This document shows, piece by piece, positions 1 to 9,126 of a stretch of DNA of 64,000 nt (positions are counted from its first letter, which is position 1; every line of letters begins with the position of its first letter). The stretch lies in assembly GCA_041537945.1 (NCBI GenBank), contig JBGOEK010000009.1:15099-79098 (forward strand), written 5' to 3'. The stretch is from Candidatus Thermosaccharophagus yellowstonensis (GTDB taxonomy: Bacteria; Armatimonadota; Fervidibacteria; Fervidibacterales; Thermosaccharophagaceae). Under the pieces are notes generated by a model. It ran no database searches, was not told where the DNA came from, and saw only the letters and a program-made list of their open reading frames with translations. The translations under genes and the position numbers were made by a program.

Positions 1-83
1 CATCTGTGTTTCTATACACGATGGGTTTGCCGTGATTGAGGCTAACGCATTGAATGTGAAGCACATGCTTCGCTTGCCATCGG

Positions 84-2291
84 GTGAGATGTAAGGTCAT
101 GTCGCGTTTTGGTCATGCCGATGAAAGCTTGAGCAGTAGTCGGCACATTAACGATAACGCTGATGAGATGGCGATAGGTGTCCCTTGGGGAGACGCTCGC
201 ATCGCGCTCCCAGCGTATGTTTGCACATTCATCGTGGCATTCTCGGCATTGTTCGCCTCCAGCTTAACGATCGGTGAACCGCTCTTTGGTAGCACTGCGC
301 TGATGCTCGCTACAGTTGGCTTGCTCTCAAACTATGTTCGCTCAGTCAAACTCGCTATGTTGCCAGATGGGCTTGGGCAAGCCATCTCGCTCCTCCTTGT
401 CGTTTTCATACCGCTGTATGGGCTGATAATAGAGCCACATCGGTTCTTCCCGCCGATAGTTTTTGAGGTTCGTGACCTTCACCCGCTTGCGTTAATGACA
501 TGGGTTTGCGTTATAACGCTCGCTGTGACGGGACGCTGGGGCTATGACTACGCCCCGCTCTCCTTCGTTTTGTTGCCGTCGCTTTCAATGGTATCGCTTT
601 CAGCGCTTCACAACATCAACATTGAGGTGACGATGGCGGTCATCTTCATCGTCTCGCTTGGCACATTCTTGCTGGCATATGAGACGACCGTGATGCGAGC
701 TGTGAGGTTGCACGATGAGAGGGTGCTTCGCGCTAAAGATTTCTTGAGCTTCCATGTGATCAATAGCGCGCAATGGAGCTTGGTAGTCGTGCTCCTGAGC
801 CTCTTGCTTACGCCCGTCCTCCTCTACATCAGGCTACCCATCGCCCCGCCTAATGTGAGGCTTCCAATGCCGAGGAGGTTCTTCATGCTCACCCCAGAGT
901 TTACGGAATTCTCACGCCACTTGACCTTGTGGGGCGGACCGATAAAGCTGTCACCGAAAAAGCTGTTCGAGATTGAAGGCGATTTCTATCCATACTGGCG
1001 TGCCCAGGTTTACGACGAGTATACTGGGCATGGCTGGGGAAGCAATGAAGAGAGCAAGCAAGTTGAACAGGTGAGCGATGGCAATTTCGTCTTTGATTTT
1101 GAGCCACCACCACACCCGAGGATTGTGCATGCCAAAGTTAGAGTGCTTGAGCCATCTCCTGCCACACTGCTGACGCCGGGTCTGCCCCTCAAGCTTGTGA
1201 GCAATGCACGCTTGCAGGAGTTGCGTGTATCGCAGGATGGCATATTGAGGGCTTTCAGGGCGAGGCTGATGGTGAACTCTTATGAGATTGTGGCGGTGGT
1301 GAATGAACCCCCAGTTGACCTGCTCATGAACGCCGACGAGACACTTGATAGCGCAAGTGAGCAAGCACCTTCAAAATACCTTCAACTCCCAAGCGGTGTT
1401 GAGAGGGTGAAACAGCTCGCGAAGGAAATAGCAGTTGGCTCTAAAACACCGTATGAGACTGCGATGCGCTTCGTTAGCTATTTGCAAAAGCACTGTCGCT
1501 ATTCGCTCACGCCGCCACATGTCCCTTTAGATGCCGATGCCGTTGACTACTTCCTCTTTTGGACACGGGAAGGAGCGTGTGATTTCTTTGCGAGCGCTCT
1601 CGCTGTGATGTGCAGGGCTGTTGGCATACCGAGCAGGGTTGTAGCTGGTTTCATGAGCGATGAATATGACCAATCGACAAGGAAGCTGACCTTGCGCGAG
1701 CAGGATGCGCATGTATGGGTTGAGATTTACATACCAAAGCATGGTTGGGTCATCATTGATCCAACTCCGCCAGCGAGGATGGGGAGGGGCATCCTTGACT
1801 TCGTCTCTTGGTGGCGCAATGTGCGCTCACGGATAAGGTGGTCTATGATGAGGGGCTTGCTTGGATGGGTCATCGGGTTGCTCGCACTCATTTCAATCAT
1901 ACCAATGCTTAAGTTCTGGCTACGCTCAGTTTATGTGCGCATAAGCTTCCCCAGAAGGAAGCTGTCGGAGCACATTCAATATTCCTACTTGTCCCTCCTA
2001 AGCGAGTTGAATCGCTTTGGCATACGCTGTGAGCGCTCTCATACGCCGATTGAGATTGCTTCGATGTTGGATTCGCACAAGGTTGAGCACCTTAGAGAGG
2101 TTTTCTCAAACGCCTCGGCGCTTTTGCGCCGCCTCTCCTTCGTTGCCTACTCACCGTTGCGTTTGGACAAGGATGACATCCTCAAGCTTGATGCGGACAT
2201 CAGACGGCTTGTTAGGTTGCTTCGCTGGCATCGTCTCCTTGAGCTATTCCGACGACTTCGAAGGCTTTTACTGGCTCCGAGAAACCCTTAA
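84..2291 (+). CDS. Membrane-anchored transglutaminase-like protein (TgpA-like)
   Basis: 735-aa ORF (GTG at 84, first ATG at 99; start uncertain). The N-terminal ~250 aa are strongly hydrophobic, consistent with several TM helices. Transglutaminase core motifs are visible: 'TREGACDFFASALAVMCRAVGIPSRVVAGF' (catalytic Cys context) and 'DAHVWVEIYIPKHGWVIIDPT' (His...Asp). A further TM helix 'LLGWVIGLLALISIIPML' follows the core. Confidence 0.8.
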   Translation: MRCKVMSRFGHADESLSSSRHINDNADEMAIGVPWGDARIALPAYVCTFIVAFSALFASSLTIGEPLFGSTALMLATVGLLSNYVRSVKLAMLPDGLGQAISLLLVVFIPLYGLIIEPHRFFPPIVFEVRDLHPLALMTWVCVITLAVTGRWGYDYAPLSFVLLPSLSMVSLSALHNINIEVTMAVIFIVSLGTFLLAYETTVMRAVRLHDERVLRAKDFLSFHVINSAQWSLVVVLLSLLLTPVLLYIRLPIAPPNVRLPMPRRFFMLTPEFTEFSRHLTLWGGPIKLSPKKLFEIEGDFYPYWRAQVYDEYTGHGWGSNEESKQVEQVSDGNFVFDFEPPPHPRIVHAKVRVLEPSPATLLTPGLPLKLVSNARLQELRVSQDGILRAFRARLMVNSYEIVAVVNEPPVDLLMNADETLDSASEQAPSKYLQLPSGVERVKQLAKEIAVGSKTPYETAMRFVSYLQKHCRYSLTPPHVPLDADAVDYFLFWTREGACDFFASALAVMCRAVGIPSRVVAGFMSDEYDQSTRKLTLREQDAHVWVEIYIPKHGWVIIDPTPPARMGRGILDFVSWWRNVRSRIRWSMMRGLLGWVIGLLALISIIPMLKFWLRSVYVRISFPRRKLSEHIQYSYLSLLSELNRFGIRCERSHTPIEIASMLDSHKVEHLREVFSNASALLRRLSFVAYSPLRLDKDDILKLDADIRRLVRLLRWHRLLELFRRLRRLLLAPRNP

Positions 2292-4182
2292 CCTTTAGCT
2301 CGCCAACCGGCTTCAGCTCTACAACCCCCTCAACTTCCTTTGCTGTCCTTTCGCAAACGAGTATCGTTGCTCCGACTTCCTTCGTCATAGCTTGAAGCCT
2401 TGAAGCCAAGTTCACAGTATCACCGAGCGCAGTGTATTGGAATCTATCAACAGCTCCGAAGTTGCCGACGGATGCTTTTCCGGTTGCCACGCCGATGCCC
2501 ACTTTGAGTTCGGGCTCACCTCGTTCCTTCCATTGCCTTGAGAGCTTCTCTGTTACAGCTCTCATCTCAAGCGCAGCCATGACAGCGCTGAGTGCATGCT
2601 TCTCAATTGGCAGAGGCGCACCGAACAAAGCCATCACTTCGTCACCGATGAACTTGTCAACGAAGCCGCCGTGCCTTTTCACGATGTCCGACATCTCCGT
2701 GAAGTATTCCGTGAGTAGCTTCACGAGCCTCTTCGCACCGAGGCGTTGCATCGTCTCGGTGAAGTTTCGTATGTCAACGAAGAGCACGCTTATTTCTCTC
2801 TCCTCACCACCTAATGCTGCAAGCTCCGGGTAGCGTGCCAGCCTCTCTGCCACTTCCCTGCTCACATACAGCGCAAACATCTCCTTGATGCGCCTGTGCT
2901 CCCTGCCAACACCAAAGTAACCCCACGCTGTGATCAGCGCGTAGGAGAGAATGGTGCTCCCGTAAAGTGGCGATGCATCGAGGAGCAGGCGAAACGAGAA
3001 GAGCTCAAGCGTAACGAAGGTTATGCCACAGATGACCATGACCATGATGAGCAGGGAGAGGAGCGGGTTCGCTCGCAGAAGAGCCAACGAGAGGAGGACG
3101 GAGATGATGAGCGCAATGAGCATCGGTATGCCCTTTGGGATTTGTTTGAAGTGCTGTCCGCTCATGATGGTATGGATTGCGTTCGCTAATATCTCTGAGC
3201 CGTATGTGTGCTGGCTGAACGGAGATGGACGGATGTCATACAAACCCTCAGCAGTGAAACCAACGATGACGACCTTCCCATCAAACTCCCTGTTCTTGAT
3301 GTCACCCGATAGGACGGCATAGTATGGGAACTGCGTGAATGCGCCTTTCCCACCAACGAAGTTTATTTCCATGAGCCAGTTCGTTCCCTTCGCTTGTATG
3401 AACTTATCATCAAAGTTAACACCGCCTTCCACAAACGAGACCTTGTCCTTGCCCACGCCCATGGCGACCCTCGCAGCCTCAAGCACAACGCTCGGAACTA
3501 TGAAAGTGCTCCCGTGTGCATCGCTTCGCTCAACTGGTATGCCAAGCGGTATATGCCTGTAGATGTTCCAAGTGTCTGGGTAAGCGAAAGCCACGCCCAC
3601 GGAGCGAGAACCTTTGATGAATGTTTCAACGGGCGCCTTGAGCGATAGAGGCATCCTCGACGCTACTGCCACAAGTCTCTCCTTGAACGACTTGCTACAC
3701 TTCTCTGGGGCGCGATATGCGGACTTCTTTACAGCAGTGTTGAAAGCCTTTTCCTCGCCCTTCGTTTTCGCAGTTGGCTCGTCGAGGCGGAGCATTGGAA
3801 GAATCACATTGCCACACCCACTGATTGCATTGGCAAGCTCAATGTCATCCTCTGGGTGCTCCTTGTCGGCTTCAACGAACATCATGTCCATGACCACCGC
3901 TTTAGCTGTGCGCAATCTCCTGAGCAACTGGGCGTGCAACTTTCGTCTCCATGGGAAGCGCCCAAGCCTCCTTATGCTTTCGTTGTCTATAGCTACGATG
4001 ACGATGTCATCCATTGGCTGAAGCTCCCCACGGAGTATGAACCAGCACCTTCTCATCAAGTCATCGATTTGTGGCATCGGGAAAATGTTGAGCAGGTATG
4101 CGATGCACACGATGACGCTACTGACCATCCCGATTGAGAACCCAACACGCTCATAGCGCTGCCACATTGTTGGGGCGCTCAA
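2212..4182 (-). CDS. CHASE2-domain class III adenylate/guanylate cyclase
   Basis: 656-aa ORF. N-terminal TM helix, ~330-aa extracytoplasmic region ('VIVAIDNESIRRLGRFPWRR', CHASE2-like), then a cluster of TM helices. C-terminal cyclase catalytic domain: 'ISVLFVDIRNFTETMQ', 'FVDKFIGDEVMALFGAP', 'GDTVNLASRLQ'. Probable TTG start at 4182, 7 nt after GAGGGTGA. Confidence 0.85.
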   Translation of the reverse strand: MSAPTMWQRYERVGFSIGMVSSVIVCIAYLLNIFPMPQIDDLMRRCWFILRGELQPMDDIVIVAIDNESIRRLGRFPWRRKLHAQLLRRLRTAKAVVMDMMFVEADKEHPEDDIELANAISGCGNVILPMLRLDEPTAKTKGEEKAFNTAVKKSAYRAPEKCSKSFKERLVAVASRMPLSLKAPVETFIKGSRSVGVAFAYPDTWNIYRHIPLGIPVERSDAHGSTFIVPSVVLEAARVAMGVGKDKVSFVEGGVNFDDKFIQAKGTNWLMEINFVGGKGAFTQFPYYAVLSGDIKNREFDGKVVIVGFTAEGLYDIRPSPFSQHTYGSEILANAIHTIMSGQHFKQIPKGIPMLIALIISVLLSLALLRANPLLSLLIMVMVICGITFVTLELFSFRLLLDASPLYGSTILSYALITAWGYFGVGREHRRIKEMFALYVSREVAERLARYPELAALGGEEREISVLFVDIRNFTETMQRLGAKRLVKLLTEYFTEMSDIVKRHGGFVDKFIGDEVMALFGAPLPIEKHALSAVMAALEMRAVTEKLSRQWKERGEPELKVGIGVATGKASVGNFGAVDRFQYTALGDTVNLASRLQAMTKEVGATILVCERTAKEVEGVVELKPVGELKVKGFSEPVKAFEVVGIAQGDDASEAT

Positions 4183-4292
4183 TTCATCATCACCCTCTCA
4201 AACACCCTCGTGAGGAACTGCAAAACCGTTGAAGGCATCCAATTGCGCTTTCTCACATTCACTCCTCACTAACCCGTGCGATCATGCAGTTC

Positions 4293-6446
4293 CTATCGTT
4301 CGCCTTGCTCTTCCTTTTCAATCTCCCTTCGTTGCGCTTTCCATTCCTCGAGCATCCTCTGAGCCCTCATGCCCCACTCGCTCTGCGGGTCTTCTTCGAT
4401 GACCTTTTGAAGTAGCTTCCTTGCTTCGTCAAAGCGCTTCTGCTGTAGGTAGAGGTGGACTAAGCCGAGCGTTTGAGCCTGCCTGTCCCAAACGGCTTTC
4501 CTCATCTCCTCAAGTCTCTCAAGGTGGAATATGTAGGCGCTGAATATGCTGAACACGAGCAACACGACGCACATAACAAGCCATCCGCGCTCAAGCAAGT
4601 TGTTTCTCCACGCCCTCCTCAACTCCCTCATGAGCAACTTTTGGAGTTCCGCAAACTCACTGCGAAGCATATTGAGCACATTTTCGGCGAGCCTCATCTT
4701 CCTGATTGCCCTCGTAATCTTACTCACGAGTGCCTCCTCACCTGAAGCGACCGTTTCCACGCCCCTTGGCATCATGACGCTTACCGAGCCCTCAATCACC
4801 GCCACATTCGCTTCTCCGCCCTTGACGCTCGCCATAAACTTTGTCCCTCTTACGCCGAGGACTGCAGCTGGTGTCTCAATTGAGTAATCGGTTGAACGCT
4901 CAAGATGCCTTTTTATCCATGCCCATAGGTTGCCCGTGTTTAACTCAAACCTCGTGCTCGGTATGCCCGTGCTGATGTCATCGATGCTGAGCAATGAGAA
5001 TTCAGAGCTACCACGCACATCCATTGTGCTACCGTCACTGAACCTGAGTAGCAGTCTCGCTTTGTCTTCCAAGCGCAGTTTAGTCCCTTCGCCGAGGAGT
5101 TGGCGGTGATGCACAGGTTGCCATCCTTCGCTCCCAGAAGGTTGTGCTTCCACCTTCCCGACAGGTTGAAGCGCCATAACAAAGTGAGGTGGGACTCTGT
5201 TGACAGCGTAGTAACTCAGCACAGCATAGAACCCGAACACGATAACGCAACATGCAAGGAACATGTAGAAGAGTGTGCGAGCCATCTTCGCCCTATCAAG
5301 TTCCTCACCCCAAATGCGCACAAGCAGTTTCTTCCAAGCCTTCTCCAAGTCTTCAAGGGAAGCCCGCTTCAAATCGTCCATCCAAACGGATACGAAGACG
5401 AGCAACACAACGAGTGGCAAACCGCCTATTGGCAGATGCAGTTCATCGCACACATGCAACAGCGATGTTAACAGTGCACCACCGAGTATTGCCGAACCGA
5501 TGCCTCCCATGTCGCCATTGAGCGTTGTGCCACCAAGCAATGCGCCAGCTAAAGGTGCGAGCACCCAAGTCCAATCTGGTGCTATTGGCTGAGCAGTCAC
5601 ATTGCTCCCAGCCGTCCCGAATATGCCGACGATGCCAGCGAGCAACCCGCTGAAAATGTAGACTGGCTCAACCCACGCCCTCTTAACAGCCATAGTTGTG
5701 CGACGCTGTCTCACTGGTGAAACGCGTGTTAGCTCACGCAACCATAGCCAGTAGAAGAGCAGGACAACAAGCACGACTGTGAGGATAGGCAACGGTATAC
5801 CGTAAACGCTTCCACGACACACGAATGCGAACAGCGCATCTTCCCAAGTTGGTGGCAATTTGCTTCGGATGAAACATGCTGCATAAAGCATCAAAGCGCC
5901 AGTTGCAACGGTGGTTATGGCAGGCGGTGTTGGAGCTATGCCAACGAGGATCGCATTGATGATGCCAGCGAGAACGCCAGCAACGAAACCGCCAGCGACT
6001 GAAGCGCTGACATCGATCGGGAGAAGCAAGAGCGATATGCTCCCAGCAAACGCTGCTACGGCGCCGATTGAGAGATCAATTCCACCCTGCCCAAGAACAA
6101 CATCCATAGCGACTGCGCCGAGGATGAAAAGCGCCATCCGTATAAGCAACAGTGATAAAGCTTCGCCAGTGGGACGAAGTATTGCCACCATCATCAAAAG
6201 CATGATGAGGAAAAGGGAGGCAAACCATTGGTATGGTGGCACTTCGGCGAGATACTTCACAGCAGTCGAGCGCAACGAGAGGATGAGTGGGTGCACCGCT
6301 TGAGTAGTGCTTTGTGGCGTAGCCCCTTTGAGTGAGCTGTAACAACGCCAGCATGTTGAAGCTCTCACCGCATTGCGAGCACCGCAATTTGGGCATATAA
6401 CCGTCTCCATTTCCATCACCTCGGATGACAAAGCGCAAATTTCCAA
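4293..6446 (-). CDS. Chimeric membrane protein: N-terminal zinc ribbon, RbsC/BPD_transp_2-like permease core, FecR-like domain and C-terminal TM plus TPR-like tail
   Basis: 717-aa uninterrupted ORF. Four-Cys ribbon 'CPNCGARN...CWRC' (aa 18-35). Permease-like polytopic region aa ~70-355 ('LGQGGIDLSIGAVAAFAG', 'VYIFSGLLAGIVGIF', 'LAGALLGGTTLNGDMGGIGSAILGGALL'). TM at aa ~390-412. Beta-rich FecR-like region aa ~425-575 ('AAVLGVRGTKFMASV', 'VAVIEGSVSV'). TM at aa ~621-641. Helical TPR-like tail 'LGLVHLYLQQKRFDEARKLLQKVIEEDP'. Confidence 0.75.
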   Translation of the reverse strand: MEICALSSEVMEMETVICPNCGARNAVRASTCWRCYSSLKGATPQSTTQAVHPLILSLRSTAVKYLAEVPPYQWFASLFLIMLLMMVAILRPTGEALSLLLIRMALFILGAVAMDVVLGQGGIDLSIGAVAAFAGSISLLLLPIDVSASVAGGFVAGVLAGIINAILVGIAPTPPAITTVATGALMLYAACFIRSKLPPTWEDALFAFVCRGSVYGIPLPILTVVLVVLLFYWLWLRELTRVSPVRQRRTTMAVKRAWVEPVYIFSGLLAGIVGIFGTAGSNVTAQPIAPDWTWVLAPLAGALLGGTTLNGDMGGIGSAILGGALLTSLLHVCDELHLPIGGLPLVVLLVFVSVWMDDLKRASLEDLEKAWKKLLVRIWGEELDRAKMARTLFYMFLACCVIVFGFYAVLSYYAVNRVPPHFVMALQPVGKVEAQPSGSEGWQPVHHRQLLGEGTKLRLEDKARLLLRFSDGSTMDVRGSSEFSLLSIDDISTGIPSTRFELNTGNLWAWIKRHLERSTDYSIETPAAVLGVRGTKFMASVKGGEANVAVIEGSVSVMMPRGVETVASGEEALVSKITRAIRKMRLAENVLNMLRSEFAELQKLLMRELRRAWRNNLLERGWLVMCVVLLVFSIFSAYIFHLERLEEMRKAVWDRQAQTLGLVHLYLQQKRFDEARKLLQKVIEEDPQSEWGMRAQRMLEEWKAQRREIEKEEQGER

Positions 6447-6557
6447 ATCCCAAAATCATTTTTACCACGCTCAATGTGGCAGGGCAATAATGTTTTCAGC
6501 GTGGCAAAATGCGAGTTTGGTCAAGGTCAACCGTTGCAAGGCATGGGGTGATCAGGC

Positions 6558-7181
6558 ATGCTGAGGAGGGAGAATCATTTTGCACCGCTAACTTTCTCGC
6601 TTTTGATGCCGCTATCGCCACCAGTTGTGCGTGAGGTGCTCCTTGTTGCTTTTGGATTTTTGCTTCTGGCTTTGCTATCGCAGGTGCGCATAGCGTTGCC
6701 GTTCACTCCGGTGCCGATAACTTTGCAAACGCTTGCTGTGCTACTCGTTGCGCTCTCATTCGGCTCATTGCGTGGGGGCATCACGGTCGCATCATACATC
6801 GTAGGTGGCGCTGTTGGCATACCAGTTTTCGCTGGTGGCGCATGCGGATGGAAACATCTGCTCGGACCGACGGGCGGTTACTTGGTCGGCTTTTTCTTCG
6901 CAACGCTCGCTGTTGGATGGCTTGCTGGAGTGGGATGGAGTAGAAATTTTTGGCGCTCGTTTGTGGCTGCGCTTATCGGGACATTCATCATTTATGCTTT
7001 TGGCGCGTTGTGGCTTTCACTTTTTGTTGGCTTCAGCAAGGCTATCATCTTAGGCATCCTGCCGTTCATGCCGGGCGATTTGCTCAAAGCGTTAATTACA
7101 GCTTCCATCTTGCCTTCGATGTGGAAGGTGATCCCTCAAAACTGTTTGCCACGCCATGATGACTCTCTCAATCAACGGTGA
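6558..7181 (+). CDS. bioY: Biotin transporter BioY
   Basis: 207-aa hydrophobic protein with typical BioY motifs 'VPITLQTLAVLLVALSFGSLRGG' and 'LLGPTGGYLVGFFFA'. Confidence 0.8.
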   Translation: MLRRENHFAPLTFSLLMPLSPPVVREVLLVAFGFLLLALLSQVRIALPFTPVPITLQTLAVLLVALSFGSLRGGITVASYIVGGAVGIPVFAGGACGWKHLLGPTGGYLVGFFFATLAVGWLAGVGWSRNFWRSFVAALIGTFIIYAFGALWLSLFVGFSKAIILGILPFMPGDLLKALITASILPSMWKVIPQNCLPRHDDSLNQR

Positions 7182-7446
7182 CGACTTGGCGCACTTCAGG
7201 GACACGCTCTTTAACATGGCTTTCGATGAGCATTCGCAATGTGAGCTGAGCGAACGGGCAAACGCTACATGCCCCTTTTAAGCGCACTTGCACAACACCG
7301 TTCACTTCATCGATGCCTGCAAGCTCAACATCGCCACCCTCCGTATGCAAAATGCGCCTCACTTCGCCAAGCGCATTTGAAACGCGCTCTTCCAATGTGG
7401 CTTCGCTTTTAGTTGCTTCATTTTGTCCCTCGTTCATCGCCTTCAC
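7168..7446 (-). CDS. NifU C-terminal-like (Nfu) Fe-S cluster scaffold/carrier protein
   Basis: 92 aa. 'GGDVELAGIDEVNGVVQVRLKGACSVCPFAQLTL' matches the Nfu/NifU C-terminal CxxC fold. 3' end overlaps bioY convergently by 14 nt. Confidence 0.75.
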   Translation of the reverse strand: MKAMNEGQNEATKSEATLEERVSNALGEVRRILHTEGGDVELAGIDEVNGVVQVRLKGACSVCPFAQLTLRMLIESHVKERVPEVRQVVTVD

Positions 7447-7496
7447 CTCTTTGCTTTTGCTACCCCGAGCTGGTAGAAAGTTTAGCGCACATCCAC

Positions 7497-8069
7497 TTAC
7501 GGGCTACCGAACATGCTCTTCATGAGGATGGCGAACATCAAAAAGGCGATGGCAAGCCTGAGTATCGTTCCAAGCACTCTTCCAACTACCGTTGCCCTCG
7601 CAATCCTTATTGCTTCGTCAGTTGTGCGTCCTGAGCGTATCTCACATATTAACACAGCGATGAAAGCTCCCGCAATCGCAAATAGCATAGTTAGCAAAGC
7701 CGAGACGAGGAGGGAAAGAACACCAACTGGTGTGCCTGCCAAGATGAGCGTGGCAAGCCAACCGCTGGCATTCGCTCCAAACAGCCCTCCAACGAACGCA
7801 CCAACGATTGACCATACCATTGAGCCACGCGAGGCTCCATACCTTTTGGCTAAAAGCATGCTGAGGATGTTATCGCCACCCTCAGCAGTAATGCAGAGCA
7901 GGAACAGAAGTAGCAACTCCCATCCGCTTATGCTCTGTAAGCCTGTGGCAAACGCATAGATGGTTATTGCACCAAAAATGACAACCGTTCCAGGTATGCC
8001 TAATGGGATGACCAGTAGCCCAAGTATCGCAACCGCTGTAAGAAGCAACTTCAGTATGAAGAGCCACAT
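7497..8069 (-). CDS. DUF456-family small membrane protein
   Basis: 190 aa, 4-5 TM helices. 'GIPGTVVIFGAITIYAF' and 'GGDNILSMLLAKRYGASRGSMVWSIVGAFVGGLFG' resemble DUF456 proteins. Confidence 0.6.
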   Translation of the reverse strand: MWLFILKLLLTAVAILGLLVIPLGIPGTVVIFGAITIYAFATGLQSISGWELLLLFLLCITAEGGDNILSMLLAKRYGASRGSMVWSIVGAFVGGLFGANASGWLATLILAGTPVGVLSLLVSALLTMLFAIAGAFIAVLICEIRSGRTTDEAIRIARATVVGRVLGTILRLAIAFLMFAILMKSMFGSP

Positions 8070-8280
8070 GGCTTATACAGCTCCATTAAAAGCTGGCGAA
8101 TGAGCTTGCGTCAACATTGAGCTGTTATTGTCTAAACCTCAATGGATGACAGCGTCTCGGTTCCGAGAGTAAGTTTTGCATGCGAGGGAGCATCGTTGCA
8201 ATCAGCTCAGCCAAATCCCATAATTAGATGCGCGTGGTGTGCGTTTACCGCTTGCGTATAGAGTGAGGTGAATATGGCTG

Positions 8281-9096
8281 GTGAAGCAGGGCGGTAGAAT
8301 GGCGTGCAATTCTAAGGGCGAGATAGCGGATAAATTTTTGTGGAAGCATTTTGGCGACCTTGCGGTGCTGTTAGCATATCTTGGTGGCATTGCGTTGCTC
8401 TTTTGGGAAACCGTTGTGGCGATGTTTTCGGAGCGACTGCGCTATCGCCAACTCGTTGAGCAAATGGCTGAGGTTGGTGTGAGGTCTTTGCTCATCGTCC
8501 TTCTGACGGTTTCATCGGCAGGGATTGTCCTTTCGCTTTACACGGCAAAGGAGTTAGCCATGCGAGGTGCAGGTCACTTCGTTGGGTGGTTGCTCGCATA
8601 CACTATGTCTCGTGAGCTTGGTCCGATGGTGACGGCTATCGTTGTGAGTGCGAGGGTCGGCTCAGCTTTTGCTGCGGAGTTAGGCACTATGAAAGTGACT
8701 GAGCAAATTGATGCGCTTCGCTCGCTCGCAGTTAACCCTATCGCCTACCTTGTGGTTCCGAGGGTGCTCGCCTGCATCACGATGATGCCCGCCTTGACGA
8801 TGCTTGCGGATGTGGCGGGGGTGACGAGTGGGATGGTTGTGGCGGGTGTGGTGGGAGTCCATGCGAGCATCTTTTTGGACTCAATCAGGACTTTCAACAC
8901 CTTGACGGACATTCTTGTGGGGTTGATCAAGTCAGTCCCGTTTGGCATTTTGATTGCGCTCGTAAGTTGCTATCAAGGCTTGGAAACGAAGGGAGGGGCT
9001 ATGGGAGTTGGTAGAGCCACGACAAGCGCAGTTGTTCTTTCGCTCATCCTTGTCTACATCACTGATGTCATCATGTCTTCCATATTGCCGAAGTGA
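8281..9096 (+). CDS. mlaE: Mla-type ABC transporter permease MlaE
   Basis: 271 aa. 'RELGPMVTAIVVSARVGSAFAAELGTMKVTEQIDALRSLAVNP' is the conserved MlaE/Ttg2B core. GTG start at 8281, ~10 nt after GAGGTG; an alternative ATG lies at 8299. Confidence 0.85.
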   Translation: MKQGGRMACNSKGEIADKFLWKHFGDLAVLLAYLGGIALLFWETVVAMFSERLRYRQLVEQMAEVGVRSLLIVLLTVSSAGIVLSLYTAKELAMRGAGHFVGWLLAYTMSRELGPMVTAIVVSARVGSAFAAELGTMKVTEQIDALRSLAVNPIAYLVVPRVLACITMMPALTMLADVAGVTSGMVVAGVVGVHASIFLDSIRTFNTLTDILVGLIKSVPFGILIALVSCYQGLETKGGAMGVGRATTSAVVLSLILVYITDVIMSSILPK

Positions 9097-9126
9097 GGCG
9101 CTTTAATTTGGTGGGGAAGTTTAGGT

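Noticed and set aside
1-83. Possible 3' end of an upstream gene (frame 1 is open to a TGA at 37-39). For example, the DUF58 partner often precedes TgpA-like transglutaminases.
   Set aside because: Only 12 codons are visible, which is too little sequence to support any call.
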